64,000 bases of DNA from Eledone cirrhosa. Its lineage: Eukaryota. Where the stretch lies: positions 124,992,001 through 125,056,000 of the forward strand of contig OZ024742.1 of the NCBI GenBank assembly GCA_964016885.1, given 5' to 3'. This document shows positions 40,860 to 53,701 of this stretch, in pieces. The number at the start of each line of letters is the position of its first letter. Positions within the stretch are counted from its first letter, which is position 1. The notes under the pieces were generated by a model. That model worked only from the letters and a program-made list of their open reading frames with translations. It searched no databases and had not been told where the DNA came from. A program made the position numbers and the translations under genes.

Positions 40860-43800
40860 ATGCTTTTGATAACACCATTCTTAGTTGACTGGGTATCCTT
40901 CAGAAACACTCTGACATTTTCTTTTCGTTTTCCGCGGCTAAGGGATACAGTTGACCGTGTTGGAATACAGGTCGTTCCAGATAACCCAAGGCGTTTTCCA
41001 TAGTTTGTCCTTGTGCTTTATGAATTGGCTTTGCTGCAAGGGGATATCCTCACCTTCGGATAGATTAATTCTTATTCTAGGTATCATAACGATCTCATTT
41101 CTAAAAGCAGCAGTGTTGATTCTTGCTACTATGAGATTGTCGTGCAGTTCTTCCACGATCATTCGCGTTCCATTACAAAGCCTTGGAGGATTCAAGTTTC
41201 ACATAAGAATTATTGGCGATCATTTTTTCAATTCCAGGTTATATGGTGGCAGTCCTGATAGTTCAACCGAATCAAGGAATTCAGTCGGGAAATGAGTGAC
41301 ATTGGTACCATCACTCACATAATTATAGGATCGGTACACTTTTATGGTTCCAGAGAAGCGTCTGATACAGGTGGAATTGATGCTTCTCATCATTTCATTG
41401 GGAGGTACTAAGATGCAATTGTTCGAAAACACTTCAGCTGGATTGTCGAATGAGGGGTAGATGAAATCCATACATTCTTACATAGTTGTTGCTTGGAGAA
41501 CCATTTCTTCTGGCAAAATAATTTCCTCATTTTCAGTTTTTTTTATCTTATGTTCTCCAATATCCAATAGGAACTGTGAATAGTCTCCTGCTCCCCCACC
41601 CAATCGCATATTTGTCTTAAACTGAAATCTTTTGAAGCTTCGCCATAAGTAGGATTTTTTAATGAAGGCGTTTTCCACGCCCGTTTCATTTCCCATTTTC
41701 ACTACCGGAAGAAGCTAACGGAAATCGCCGCAGCAAATTGTCAAAATTCCACCGAATGCCTCATTGTTGTCACATATGCCACGCAGAGTGAGGTCAACAG
41801 CTTCGAAGCTTTCCTTCCGAATCATAGGACACTCATCTCAAACAATCAGCCTTGTATGCTGGAAGAGGTTTGCCGTCTTTGAGCTTTTATCATGTTGCAC
41901 AGACCATTTTCTTTCACTACTATCGGTATTTTGAACCTAGAATGCGCTGATCTTCAAACAGGCATCAGTGTTGCGGCAATAACCACGTCACCGTTTCCCC
42001 TGACTTTTGAAAGAATTAAGTTAATCAGGAATGTCTTTCCTGTTCCACCTGGAACGTCAATGAAAATCTATGCAGATGTGTTCGTCTCTTAACTGTTACA
42101 AACGAAGTCATACGCGTGTTTTTGTTCACTATTCAATAGAGTCTCCGTCTCTTCTTCAAATCGTCGCTGCTCTTCTCTTGTGTATTGCAATTCATACAAT
42201 AACTCCAATTTGCCAATATCCTGATTAGCAACAATATTATTTGACCTTGGCAAGTTAAAGTCACTAAGACTTTTGCCCAGGTCGTTAAGTTTGTCTTCAA
42301 AATACAGAAGACATTGATCATAATGTCTCTCGCTAATCAAAAGGTTAGAGTTTCTGGTGGCCCTTTTTTTCTATTTGAAGGTAATCCTCAGACAGCGAAT
42401 GCTTAAATCGAACCCATAAAGCACTGGAATTGTCAATTTCCGTATTTGTGAGGAGCACGATGAATAGATCTCTCATGGCTTTGGGAAGCCTTGTTCGCTC
42501 AGCATCTTCCAGAGTCTGCTCCCAATAATCATCCGATTGAAGCAAACCTTTCTCTCTGCAGACGTCTTTGAATAATGGCAGGAGTTCTCCATCACACATT
42601 TTCAAAGAGTTGAAGGATACTGGCCCTTTGACGTGATGCAGAAGGAGTCTTAAATAATACAGTTCACCACTTCGTGGAGAAACAGTGTGTACTCGTCCCA
42701 AAACGTTCGCCTCAAAAATCCCTGGATACTGCTCAACTGTTTTCCCTACCTTTCTCCTTTCCCATCTCTTATTACTCCAAGTGTAAAACTTTGGGACATC
42801 GGCATAATACGACGTTTTTGCAAACGGATCGCGATCGCAAAGATCCATGAACTCAGTCAGAGTCGTCTTAACCATGTTATTGTTTACTTTAACAGCAGCA
42901 TTGACCCAAAAGAAGATTTGATTTTCCTCAGGTAGAAGAACTTGAAGGCGAACTACGGCCGGTTCTCTCTCATCAATTGGAAATCCAAGTAATAAGGCAA
43001 CAGCTTCTGAAGGACCGATATATCTTCCTGTTAAATACTGTATTATCTCATCTTCCCTGTTCACTCCAAACATTGCCTGATCACTGCCCTTCATGGTATA
43101 TTTGATAATGTATTTGATCGATTTCACGGAAGAGCACATCTCTACGTTTAGGTGGCAGTTGAACAGTTTTAATAGTTTCATATTGTAGGGAAGCACCCAT
43201 TCCGAAGTTGTATTTCTGCTTCCCGTTCCTTCTTGGTGCCCCTCAAATCCTTCCATTCCTGGAGACCGTCTTCTGTACACAGGATAAGAGTCCTCTCAAA
43301 CACAATGCATATTCATTGACAGGTTTAGGGTACCACTTACTGCACGTTCCATCTTTCCAACATGGCGAATTTGTTAGAGCAATTCGGACCGTGGATCATG
43401 TGCTTCAGCACCAATTCATGACCCTCTGGATCGTTTTTTGGATCTGGTATTTCAGCTTGAACAAATTTATCATATTCCTGCGGTCTGGGCTTGGAGGCTG
43501 AATTGAGCCATAGCAAACAGTGCACATGAGGAAGACCTCGCTTTTGATATTCGACTGTCAGCACATAAGCTATGCACTTGCCAAATAGGCCATCTACTCC
43601 AGTAAGATAATTTCTTAACAGTTTCCGCTTCAGGTCAAATACTCTGGCAATTAAATCTGGCCTGTCATGTGGCTTCTGGTTCAGGAATAGGTTTTGCCGG
43701 ATTTCAGGCCAGGTTGGATTGCATGTCATTGTGATGAAGAATGAAGGATCGCCGTACTTCCGTATGTACATCCTGGTATCCTGGCATCGCTCCATCATAT

Positions 43801-45339
43801 ATCTCGCTCCACCGACAAATGTGGAAGAGATTATGATTCGCCTGCCAATATTGCGAAAATCGTCATCATCATTCAATGCGTCATTAAGCCCCTTGTATGT
43901 TGTAGATCGCAATGCTGTTTGATTCATTCGGATGTATTGAAGTCTATCTCCTTCAATCTTCGCAGCCATGTCAACCAAATATTGCTGAAATAAACGACCG
44001 CCTCTGAGAAGTTGGTTGAATTCATTCTCATGGTTCATTATTCGATAGGCATAGTGGCTTCTTGTTGTTGCTCATTAACAGCTCACTATGCCATCCGTCA
44101 TCGCCAAAAGGAAAAAAATAGAACATACTGCAAATTGTCATAGGATCGATGGGACTCTGAGATTATTTGCAATTGTCGGCCTTTTTCTTTCAACACAATG
44201 TGCCGTGCTTTTGCTTGAAGTTCGGTGCTGTTTGGTATAATAACGGCAACTTCGTTTGCAGTTTGTGCATTGAATATTCTCTCATGTTCCATTGCTGGTC
44301 TCCTATCAGGATCAATAATAATCGAAGCTTCGGGAATATTTTTAATTTGTTCTTTTGCCATTCGAAATGAGGCAACGTAAGGGTTATATTGTCTGAGTAT
44401 TATTTACAATAATTCAACTATGTCCCGCTGAATGCCATCGTTATGGAGTATCCTGATCCTCAAATCAACACTATCCTGAGGATCCAAGAAGTAAATTTGA
44501 AGAAATTGGGGTTGTTCGTTGGGATTATGGGTTAAGGAACCGATGTAATGGTGAATTTGACCATGAATAACGATAGAAGGATTGCATCCACTCCTTGAGG
44601 AACGAACTTCTTCTTCCCCAAAAGATGTCATTTGGAACAGGCAGTTGTATTGTCTGAGGTTCTTCCTGAACTCGTTTGCCCTAGCTTGATCAGTACTAAA
44701 TAAACTGTGAAGTTCCTGGGGTAAAGGCTGCATATTCCCCAACCTGACTTTTCCATTCATACAGCAAAAGTTAGCAGTTTCACCATGAAAAAGCATTGCA
44801 TGACAACAGACAACGATCTTATTCATCTGTCCAACATCAGTAGAGAGGTCACGTCGTTGAACTGTCCTTTCTCTATCCCTAATGGTTTGTTGGTAAAGAC
44901 CTTCAGTTCTCCGAGCGTCCAATTCATGATCTCTCCTTCTGTCTCTTTTCCTCTGTTCCGCCTGATGCTCAGCTCTCCGACCATCCGATTCATGATCTCT
45001 CCTGCTTCTGTCTCTTTCCCTCTGTTCCGCCAGACGCGCAGCTCTCCGGCCATCCGATTCATGATCTCTCCTTCTTCTGTCTCTCTTCTTTCCTTCTGTT
45101 CCGCCAGACGCTCAGCCCTCCGACCATCCGTTTCATGATCTCTCTTGCTTCTGTCTCTGTTCCGCTAGACGCGCAGCCCTCGCTTTATCAGTCTCATCGA
45201 TCCTTCTATTCGCATGCCTGTCCCGATCTTGTTGGCGTTGACCACTATCTTGCTCACCTTCTTCGGCTCTCCTTAGCCGTGCTTTCTTTCCACTATCGAT
45301 AAACCAACCAGGTGTTTTCTTTCTTCCTCGTCGAGGCAT
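40860..45339 (-). pseudogene. Helitron RepHel: HUH Rep endonuclease + Pif1-like SF1 helicase, multiple frameshifts and stops
   Basis: MPRRGRKK start; CCMNGKV, YNCLFQMTSFG, GGRLFQQYLVD, FITMTCNP, VEYQKRGLPHVH (HUH), KYIIKY, YYLRLLL, PGGTGKTF, GDFR, LCNGTR, KAQGQT..FQHGQLY. Confidence 0.92.
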
Positions 45340-46041
45340 TATTTAAGAATAGAAAATCGTATTCACCTTAGAAAAAATTCCTATTACCTCAACAAATATT
45401 TTTTTAAATCATCATTTAGAAATATTTCTAAATAATGAGAATATTGTCTGTTTAAACAACTCGTACTTTTCAAATCATATTCACTTAAAAAATACTTATT
45501 AATAATTAAAATATTCTGTTTAAAGAAAGCTGAAATATATATACTTAGTGTACAAATAATTTGTATTTTTTAATTCATTTTCACTTAAGAATATTTTTTA
45601 AATATGCCAAGAAATATTTTTTTCATCGTATTCACTTGAAAATCATTTTTAAAAAATGAAGATATTGTCTATGTAAATAAAGCTATTTGTGAAATCAAAT
45701 TCACTTAAAAATATTTCTAAATAATTGAAATATTCTTTTTAACAAAAGCAAAAATATAAACACCTACTGTTTGACACCAACTGGTATTTTTCAGTGATAT
45801 TCACTTAATGCTTTTCTGATCATTAAAATATCGTCTGTTTAAAGAAAGCTTGAAGTACAAACAACTTGGAGTTTTGAAATCATATTCACTGAGAAATCAC
45901 TGAAAATTTTTTTTTAATAATTATTAAACTATTTTCATCATTCGAGAAATATTTTTATGTCGATTTACGTCAAACCTGTTTTATCTCCATTTCAGGGTTA
46001 TATCACGGTTATATGCACCGTTTTGGCTATTTACGAAGGTA

Positions 46042-46152
<111 letters not shown>

Positions 46153-46187
46153 TGTCTCTAACTTAAGTACTGTTACACACACATACA

Positions 46188-46527
46188 CACACACACATGT
46201 CTCTAAGTACGTAAACACATGCACTGACACACAGATACACACAGCATACACATACAGATACACACGGTGGCAGTATAACTGTGAAAGAGAGAGAAAGAAA
46301 TAACGTTATGGATAGGGGTAGAGTTAAAATAAATAAAAGTTAAGGACGTTGTCTCTTTCCCACATACACACACACATGTCTCTAAGTACGTAAACACCTG
46401 CACTGGCACACATACACATACAGATACACACGGTGGCAGTATAACTGTGAAAGAGAGAGAAAGAAATAACGTTATGGATAGGAGGAAAGTTAAAATAAAT
46501 AAAAGTTAAGGACGCTGTCTCTTTCCC
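46188..46527. repeat. Direct tandem duplication (~180 bp) inside the Helitron 2 5' region
   Basis: CACACATGTCTCTAAGTACGTAAACAC...AAGTTAAGGACG.TGTCTCTTTCCC occurs twice. Confidence 0.85.
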
Positions 46528-47083
46528 TATCTGTAATCCCCCCTCTCTCTCTCATCCCCTCACTCTCTCTCTCTTTATCTCTCTCACCCCTCTCTCTCTC
46601 TGTCTCTCTCTCACCCCCTCTCTGTCTCTCTTACCTACAGAATGGACAACCAAAAAACAAACGGATTATTTCTTTCGATATTCATTATAAAATAAGATAA
46701 ATTGAATTTAGATGAATTCCTTGCTATTTTTGGAAAATTGAAAATATTGTCCATGTGCGATTTACGCCAAACTTGTTTTATTCAGACTATTTTCTCATTA
46801 TGCAATGTTTTGGCTATTTACGAAGTTTTGCGGGTTATGTTAATTTCGAGGTATTTTCCCAGTATGCACCGTTGTGGCTATTTACGAAGGTACCTCCAAA
46901 ATCCACGAATCTCGGGAACCCGGGGTCAGATTTTCCTGAAACTTGTTTTATTCAATTTGTATTCCCACTTCAGAGGCAACTTGCTTTCAAAGTATTTACC
47001 CATTATGCGCCCTTTTGGCTGTATTACATAACAGACAAGCAAGCAAGCACGCGAGATCAGAGTTTTAGTAGTATATAGATAGA

Positions 47084-47368
47084 TACGTACATACATATAT
47101 GTATACAGACGTACAGTAGTATGTATTTACATACATACATGCACATATATATATATGTACTTATGGGTTTACTGAACATTTATTATAATGTTCGGTTTGT
47201 TTACAAACATACCGAGAATTATAATAAATGTTCGGTAAACCCATACGTACATCAATATATGTGTGCATGTATGTATATACATACTACTGTACATCTGTAT
47301 ACATATATGTATTACGTATACATACTTATATTTAAGTATCAGCCGTACTAAAAGTGAGAAATGAAATA
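47084..47368. repeat. Remainder of the retrozyme-like copy, folded back into a palindrome
   Basis: Orientation switches at the internal hairpin GGTTTGTTTACAAACATACC (~47194-47213). Confidence 0.85.
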
Positions 47369-47871
47369 GAGTGTATTGCAAAATACACTATATATACATT
47401 CATATATATATATATCGCTATTTCAGAGCACCAATTCTAATTTTCAATTTCTGCTTGACCGGCAACCGCTCTGTATAATCAGTTCCTGATTATTACTAGA
47501 ATTCTATAAGAATCAAGCATTCATGATTTTCAGCAAACAGGTGGAGTACTTGGCTTTGATAAGTACCAATCAGTACGAAACAGAGCTCTGTCAGCTTTAT
47601 CTCGCCTGTTTGCATAAAATCCAAAGTAAGTGAGACTGTCACTACACTAAAACAATAGCGTAAGGTCTTCGAAATGCTTTTAATTAGGCATACAGTGTAT
47701 TGCAAAATACACTATATATACATTCATATATATATACATTCATTTATTTAGGCTAATTAGTGATTCACAATACTCAGGAGTTTCCCATGCGCTCTCACAG
47801 CTCTGTCACGAATATGTACAATCTACTTCGGTATTGAGGATGCTTTTCTCTCGTCTGTCAACTACATACGA

Positions 47872-47956
<85 letters not shown>

Positions 47957-49134
47957 ATGGTTGCAACTCGAAGGGGCACAACCTATAAACATTTATCATT
48001 ATTTTGCCACACAACAAAATTACATCTAAAATCATTTGTACTGCCCAATATCCATGTTGTGATTTTTCATAATGACCCTGGTCTGGAAAAGAAAAACAAA
48101 ATTTGTTGTACTATTGAAAGAGAAATTTACCATTTTTAATATTTCCGTTGATTCAGTTTCACTTGAAATAAACGATAATCACAAAAACACACGACTTGAT
48201 GTGTTTTATATCATAGAGTTTTCGGAAACTGTAAGTTAGGTTTTTTTTCCTATTTTCCTTATTAACGACTAGAGTCCCTCTTTCAAATCCCATCTCTCAT
48301 TCGACCTTTATGAAAATTGGGCACCAAGATAGCATTATTCACGTTAAGCTGATGAAAATTGTATAAATATCTATGAGATTGAATGATCTATGAGATAAAT
48401 GTAACAGCATTTATCTTCATATAATGCACCTAGCTTAATTCAACCTCACAGGAAACAATGGCGAAGAATATAAAAATATGCGAATTTTCACCAACTTAGG
48501 CTACGCATTCTGCCAATAGTAATACGCTTTACCAATACATAGGTATCTAATTTGGTAAACCTAACATATGAGTCGAAATATCTCGGGCATTGAAGAAATA
48601 ACCATTTAGTATGAAAAGGCAACATTGACTGCTTATTACCTGCTATTAGATTTAGGCGTAGTTCAAAACACTAGAACCTAGACCAATGCTATTCCAGCCA
48701 TGATCACTCCATCCTATGTAGTATTATAACATCCAAAGTGTTTTCCCATTTTAAAACTAGCAGCAATTTCTAGCAGGATAAATACACCCACCCATCCAGT
48801 AACAGTCACCTAAATAGTTTCTAATTTCATTTAGTCCAAGGTCGTTTCTAAAAAGGAGAGGCTACTAGCATTCTGTCCTTAACCTTACTATATTATGTTT
48901 TCACACACACCATCTCTAGAATTACACTGTCTAATGTGTTATTTCATATCTCCATTGTGGAAATTAATAAGAAATTCATAAGCTGGTGTCATGGTTACCC
49001 TTGTGTCAGCCTTCGTTGTCCTGACAATCCAATCTTTTTGTGTATTTAGTGCCATATCTTCTGCAAAATCGTGATTTTTGAGTGCAAAATTAATGTGTAG
49101 AATGTATCACTCGGTCGTTATTATTTGGCAGTGG

Positions 49135-49322
49135 ATTGGCAGTATCGGTAAAGGGTTGGACGGCATGCTTTGATGCATAGAGTTACGGCCATTGCGATTC
49201 TGAGTTCAAATCCTGCCGATGTTAACTTTGCCTTTCATCCTTACGGGGTCGATACAATAAAGTACCAGTAATGCACTGGGTAATTGCTGGCCTTGTGCCA
49301 AAAAGTAGAAACAGTTATTATT
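49135..49322 (+). mobile_element. tRNA-derived SINE
   Basis: A/B boxes and body match the other copies. Confidence 0.85.
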
Positions 49323-50130
49323 TGACAGTGGGATCAAGAAAGGACATCAAAGCGAGCTAGACAGACAAATAGATAGAAAGCAAGAGAGAGATAGAGAGAG
49401 AAAGAGAGACAGAAAGAGAGAGAGAGAGATATAGATAGATAGATATATATATATAGAGAGAGAGAGAGAGACAGAGAGAGAGAATACTAATAATTTTATA
49501 CATAAATCTTATTAAGATTAAGGTGCATGGAGTTTCAACATCATGACATTAACTGCAATATCCTTGTCAATATGTGTAAATTATGTCCATGTTAATTATG
49601 CAGTGTAATTAATAGGTACACAAGTGACATACCAAAATTGATGATAGACGACCAAAGTCTGTATCTTTCCATTAGACTGAATATAGTAATAAAACAGTGT
49701 GCTTTTAACGCTGTGTGACCAAATAACGAATTAAGTATAGTGTTGAAACTAATACAGCCACTGTAATTTGTAATATTAAACGCAAAATATATCAAAAATT
49801 ACGGTTTGTTTTGATCATAAAGCTTCGGTCGTGTGTGAAAAAAAGTTATATATAGGCGCAGAAATGATTGCGTGATTAAGGAGTTTCTTTTGTAATCACA
49901 AGTTTTCAGGTTCAGGCGCATGTTTGGAAATTGGGTTTCTCCTCGGCCCGAGTGTATAAATCTTTCGTCTTTTACTTTGGGAAAATATAGACTCGAATTG
50001 ACTGATAACATGATAGTGAGATTTCTACGAAGGAAACTGTACGAAAGCCTATCGTTTACGTATGCATGTGTGTGTGTGCTTTTGTGAGTGTGTGTATTTA
50101 TGTGTGTGTGTGTGTGTGTGTGTGTGTATT

Positions 50131-50181
<51 letters not shown>

Positions 50182-51636
50182 GTGTGTGCGTGTGTGTGTG
50201 CGTGTGTGTGTGTGTGTGCACGTGTGTGTGTTTATGTCCTACATCTTAGAGGTTTAACGGAATTCGATAAAATATGTGGCACACTTGAAATATATGTAGT
50301 GAGGTTAATGTGATCGAATAAATCGTGTCAAGTCAGTGTCGGTGCATACCTGCAGACTAATGAACGAAAGAAGGAAAAGAATTAATATACACATCTATTC
50401 AGTACAGGCACTGACGAAGTTCCAGTTTAAAACCAGTTGAAATATGAAATAGAGAATACACGATTCAGTAAATATATCGAATTCTCGGTATTAGACATTT
50501 AGACTACTTTATTTTACTTTTTAATAACCCAAGAAAATATATCTGAATTCAATATTCTACATATATAACGATTTTAAAGCTGTTAAGTGTATTCGATAAA
50601 TGCGTTAACAGAAGATATTTATAGGAAATCAAAACAACTTCTTTTAATCTATACTATCGTGGTCGCTCTTAATATTGGTGCGAATTATACAGACGAAGTA
50701 CGAATTATACTTTCAAATAATTTTGATGAAGTAAAATGTAAAATTCTGTAAAATGAAAATACTTTTCTGCCATTAACCTGGAAAGGCGAAAAGATGAAAA
50801 GTTGTCGATTAAAAAAGCACATAGGCAAATTAGTATCACCGTTCTAATCACACGGAGGTTAATTTTTTCTCCAATTTTGATCGATAAAATAACGTGCCAT
50901 TCAAATTTTGGTGGATGGTTGAAGAATTTTGCCCAATATAAACATAATGATGAGCATATTCATTAAGTGTATATAAGACACATATATTAAACGCCTATGT
51001 GACTCGTAACGGCAAATTATTCGAAATGCATGTCGTTTAGAGCGCATGCAATGCTAATAAGAATAATCCCGTCACGGATTGTGGCGAGGGCCTGGGATTC
51101 TTCACACAATGAAACTACAATTGAGTCTTCTAATAACAGAAACAATCAAATAACCCTTAATCACCACATTATGTTTGAGAAGCAGTGATTTTAGTTTTGC
51201 TTGTTTGCTCTATTTAATTTTTTTTTTTTTTTTTTTTCTTCTAAAGATACTCTACAACGAGATACTCAAAATACAGGATGAAATAAAAGTAATGTCCATT
51301 TTCATTTATTAATAAATGATGTTTTCAGCTACTGTATTCTATTTTCTTTCAATAATTTAAAAAATATTTTTAAAAGCGTTGTTATTGCTCCATCCTGTAT
51401 ATGAATATTATTGCAATAATTAGTAAAAAACGCATAGATGAATACCATGAAAATTTACTGAAGGTTGACATCAGATAATCTTGAGCGAATGCAGAATAAC
51501 CCCAACGGAATATAGCCCCATCTCTCTCTCTGTCTATATATATATATATGTAGAAGTTATATTTAAATTGTTGGGATACATCAAGCAAATATTTTTATAA
51601 CTGATATAAAGCACTTAACAAATATTTGGAGTAAAA

Positions 51637-51734
51637 ATACGATATTAACAAATGGAAACTATATTTATAAAACCATTTATAAAACCATATTTATAAATAT
51701 GGTTTTATAAATATAGTCTCCATTTGTTAATATC

Positions 51735-51738
<4 letters not shown>
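51637..51738. repeat. AT-rich ~100 bp palindrome
   Basis: ATACGATATTAACAAATGGA.ACTATATTTATAAAACCAT..ATGGTTTTATAAATATAGT.TCCATTTGTTAATATCGTAT. Confidence 0.8.
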
Positions 51739-51773
<35 letters not shown>

Positions 51774-52212
51774 TGTGTGTGTGTGTTAATTGCTTCTTCT
51801 CGTCAGAATAGAGCCATGTCTTCATTAAAAATTGCAAGATTATGTGCACACCGCTGACGTTTCAGACCCGCTTTTGTTTTGCAGGCATGTTCAAAGATGT
51901 GACACTTAAACTGCGTGTCTCCTGGAAATACTGGGGTGTGTTATCATGCATTCTACCATGCCTGGTAAGATAATTAGATGGCTTGCAACTTAAGCAACAC
52001 TCACTGCAGATGTACCATGGAGGGTATGGCGGTCAAAATATCTGACAAAAGGCTTTCTATCTCACTATACACCTGTCTTTCTGTCTACATGAAGTTTTCA
52101 GAAATGTGGGAATAAATATTATTCCCAAAATATTGTCGTTAGTAGGATACGAAATTCAGACACCTCGATTGGTTGACCACAACTCTATAAAAGGCATTAA
52201 TTTTAGTTAATA

Positions 52213-52386
52213 CACTGGTACTTTATTCTATCGACCCCGGAAGGATGAAAGGCAAAGTTAACCTCGGCGGGATCTGAGTTCAAATCCCGCCGAGGTTAAC
52301 TTTGCCTTTCATCCTTCCGGGGTCGATAGAATAAAGTAACAGTAATGCATTGGGTAATTGCTGGCCTTGTGCCAAAAGTAGAAACA
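52213..52386 (+). mobile_element. 5'-folded-back SINE with a 17 bp target-site duplication
   Basis: Head-to-head SINE body arms at 52219-52338; ATTAATTTTAGTTAATA at 52196-52212 and 52387-52403. Confidence 0.85.
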
Positions 52387-52695
52387 ATTAATTTTAGTTA
52401 ATATACGTTCGTTGGTTACTATATGTACTTTTGTATGATTTGCTGTAACAAACTCTAGCAACTAGTTAAGAATGTCTACAGTGAATTAATCTACTTTTCT
52501 AGCCTAAATTACATTCGGAATTATACTTGCAAATGTTGACGCTACAACAACATAAGTCGAATCATAATGGTTCCAAAATATGACATATTACCTATGCGGT
52601 TACATTACATATTACATTAACACATTTGGAAAATATATATTACAGTGATACATATTACACATTACACATACACACACTCACACACACACACACAG

Positions 52696-52744
<49 letters not shown>

Positions 52745-52836
52745 ATATTTGTGTGTGAGGGTGTGTGTCTGTGTGTCTGTGTATTCAACTTTCTGATTTT
52801 ATTAAGAGACTGAAAAATACCTTCCCACATTGCGTT

Positions 52837-52943
<107 letters not shown>

Positions 52944-53142
52944 ATAGAGTGAATTTTAATATCACATTATTTAAATCAGTCAAACATTAAATGATTGGAC
53001 ACTGAATATTGGTGAGGAGATTGTAAATATAAGTCCTGAATTAGAAAACTAGAGTGACTTCGAAGTGTCCAGTTGGTAGCTACATCTTTTCAGCAGAAGC
53101 AAAACAGCTGAAACCTTACCATTACTGCCTCTGCTCTCTCTC

Positions 53143-53218
<76 letters not shown>

Positions 53219-53439
53219 TCTCTCCCTCTCTCTCCCTCTCTCTCTCTCTCTACACACACACACGCACACTCATATATATATATATATGAAGAATGAAGGG
53301 GTAGCGTCCGAAACGTTAAGACTCTCTTCTTGCTATTTGTGTGAAAACTAAAATCCGAAGAGATCCCGTTAAGGGAGAAAGCTGCGATTCTTTGCTTAAA
53401 TTTCAATCTGTTCTTATAATATATATATATGTATATAGG

Positions 53440-53623
53440 GTTAAAATACTGGAGCGTGTTGGAGTTAAACACCCTCTTCGTATTATAGAAATGACAGTAA
53501 AAGGTATAGCTCAATGTAGTTAAACAGAGCCGGCTCTGTTTAACTACATTGAGCTATACCTTTTACTGTCATTTCTATAATACGAAGAGGGTGTTTAACT
53601 CCAACACGCTCCAGTATTTTAAC
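53440..53623. repeat. Perfect 184 bp palindrome at the 5' end of the Penelope-like element
   Basis: 92 bp arms with no spacer, centre AGAGCC|GGCTCT at 53531/53532. Confidence 0.9.
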
Positions 53624-53701
53624 ACTTGTCACTGCTCCCGATCGGTTGAGCTTCCTCATATATACTGGTATTTTGGCCTTTATATATATATATCTGACAG
53701 T

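Noticed and set aside
53549-53701. N-terminal 51 codons of the 947 aa ORF
   Set aside because: Starts at TTG inside the palindrome arm; PLE similarity begins after ATG 53702.
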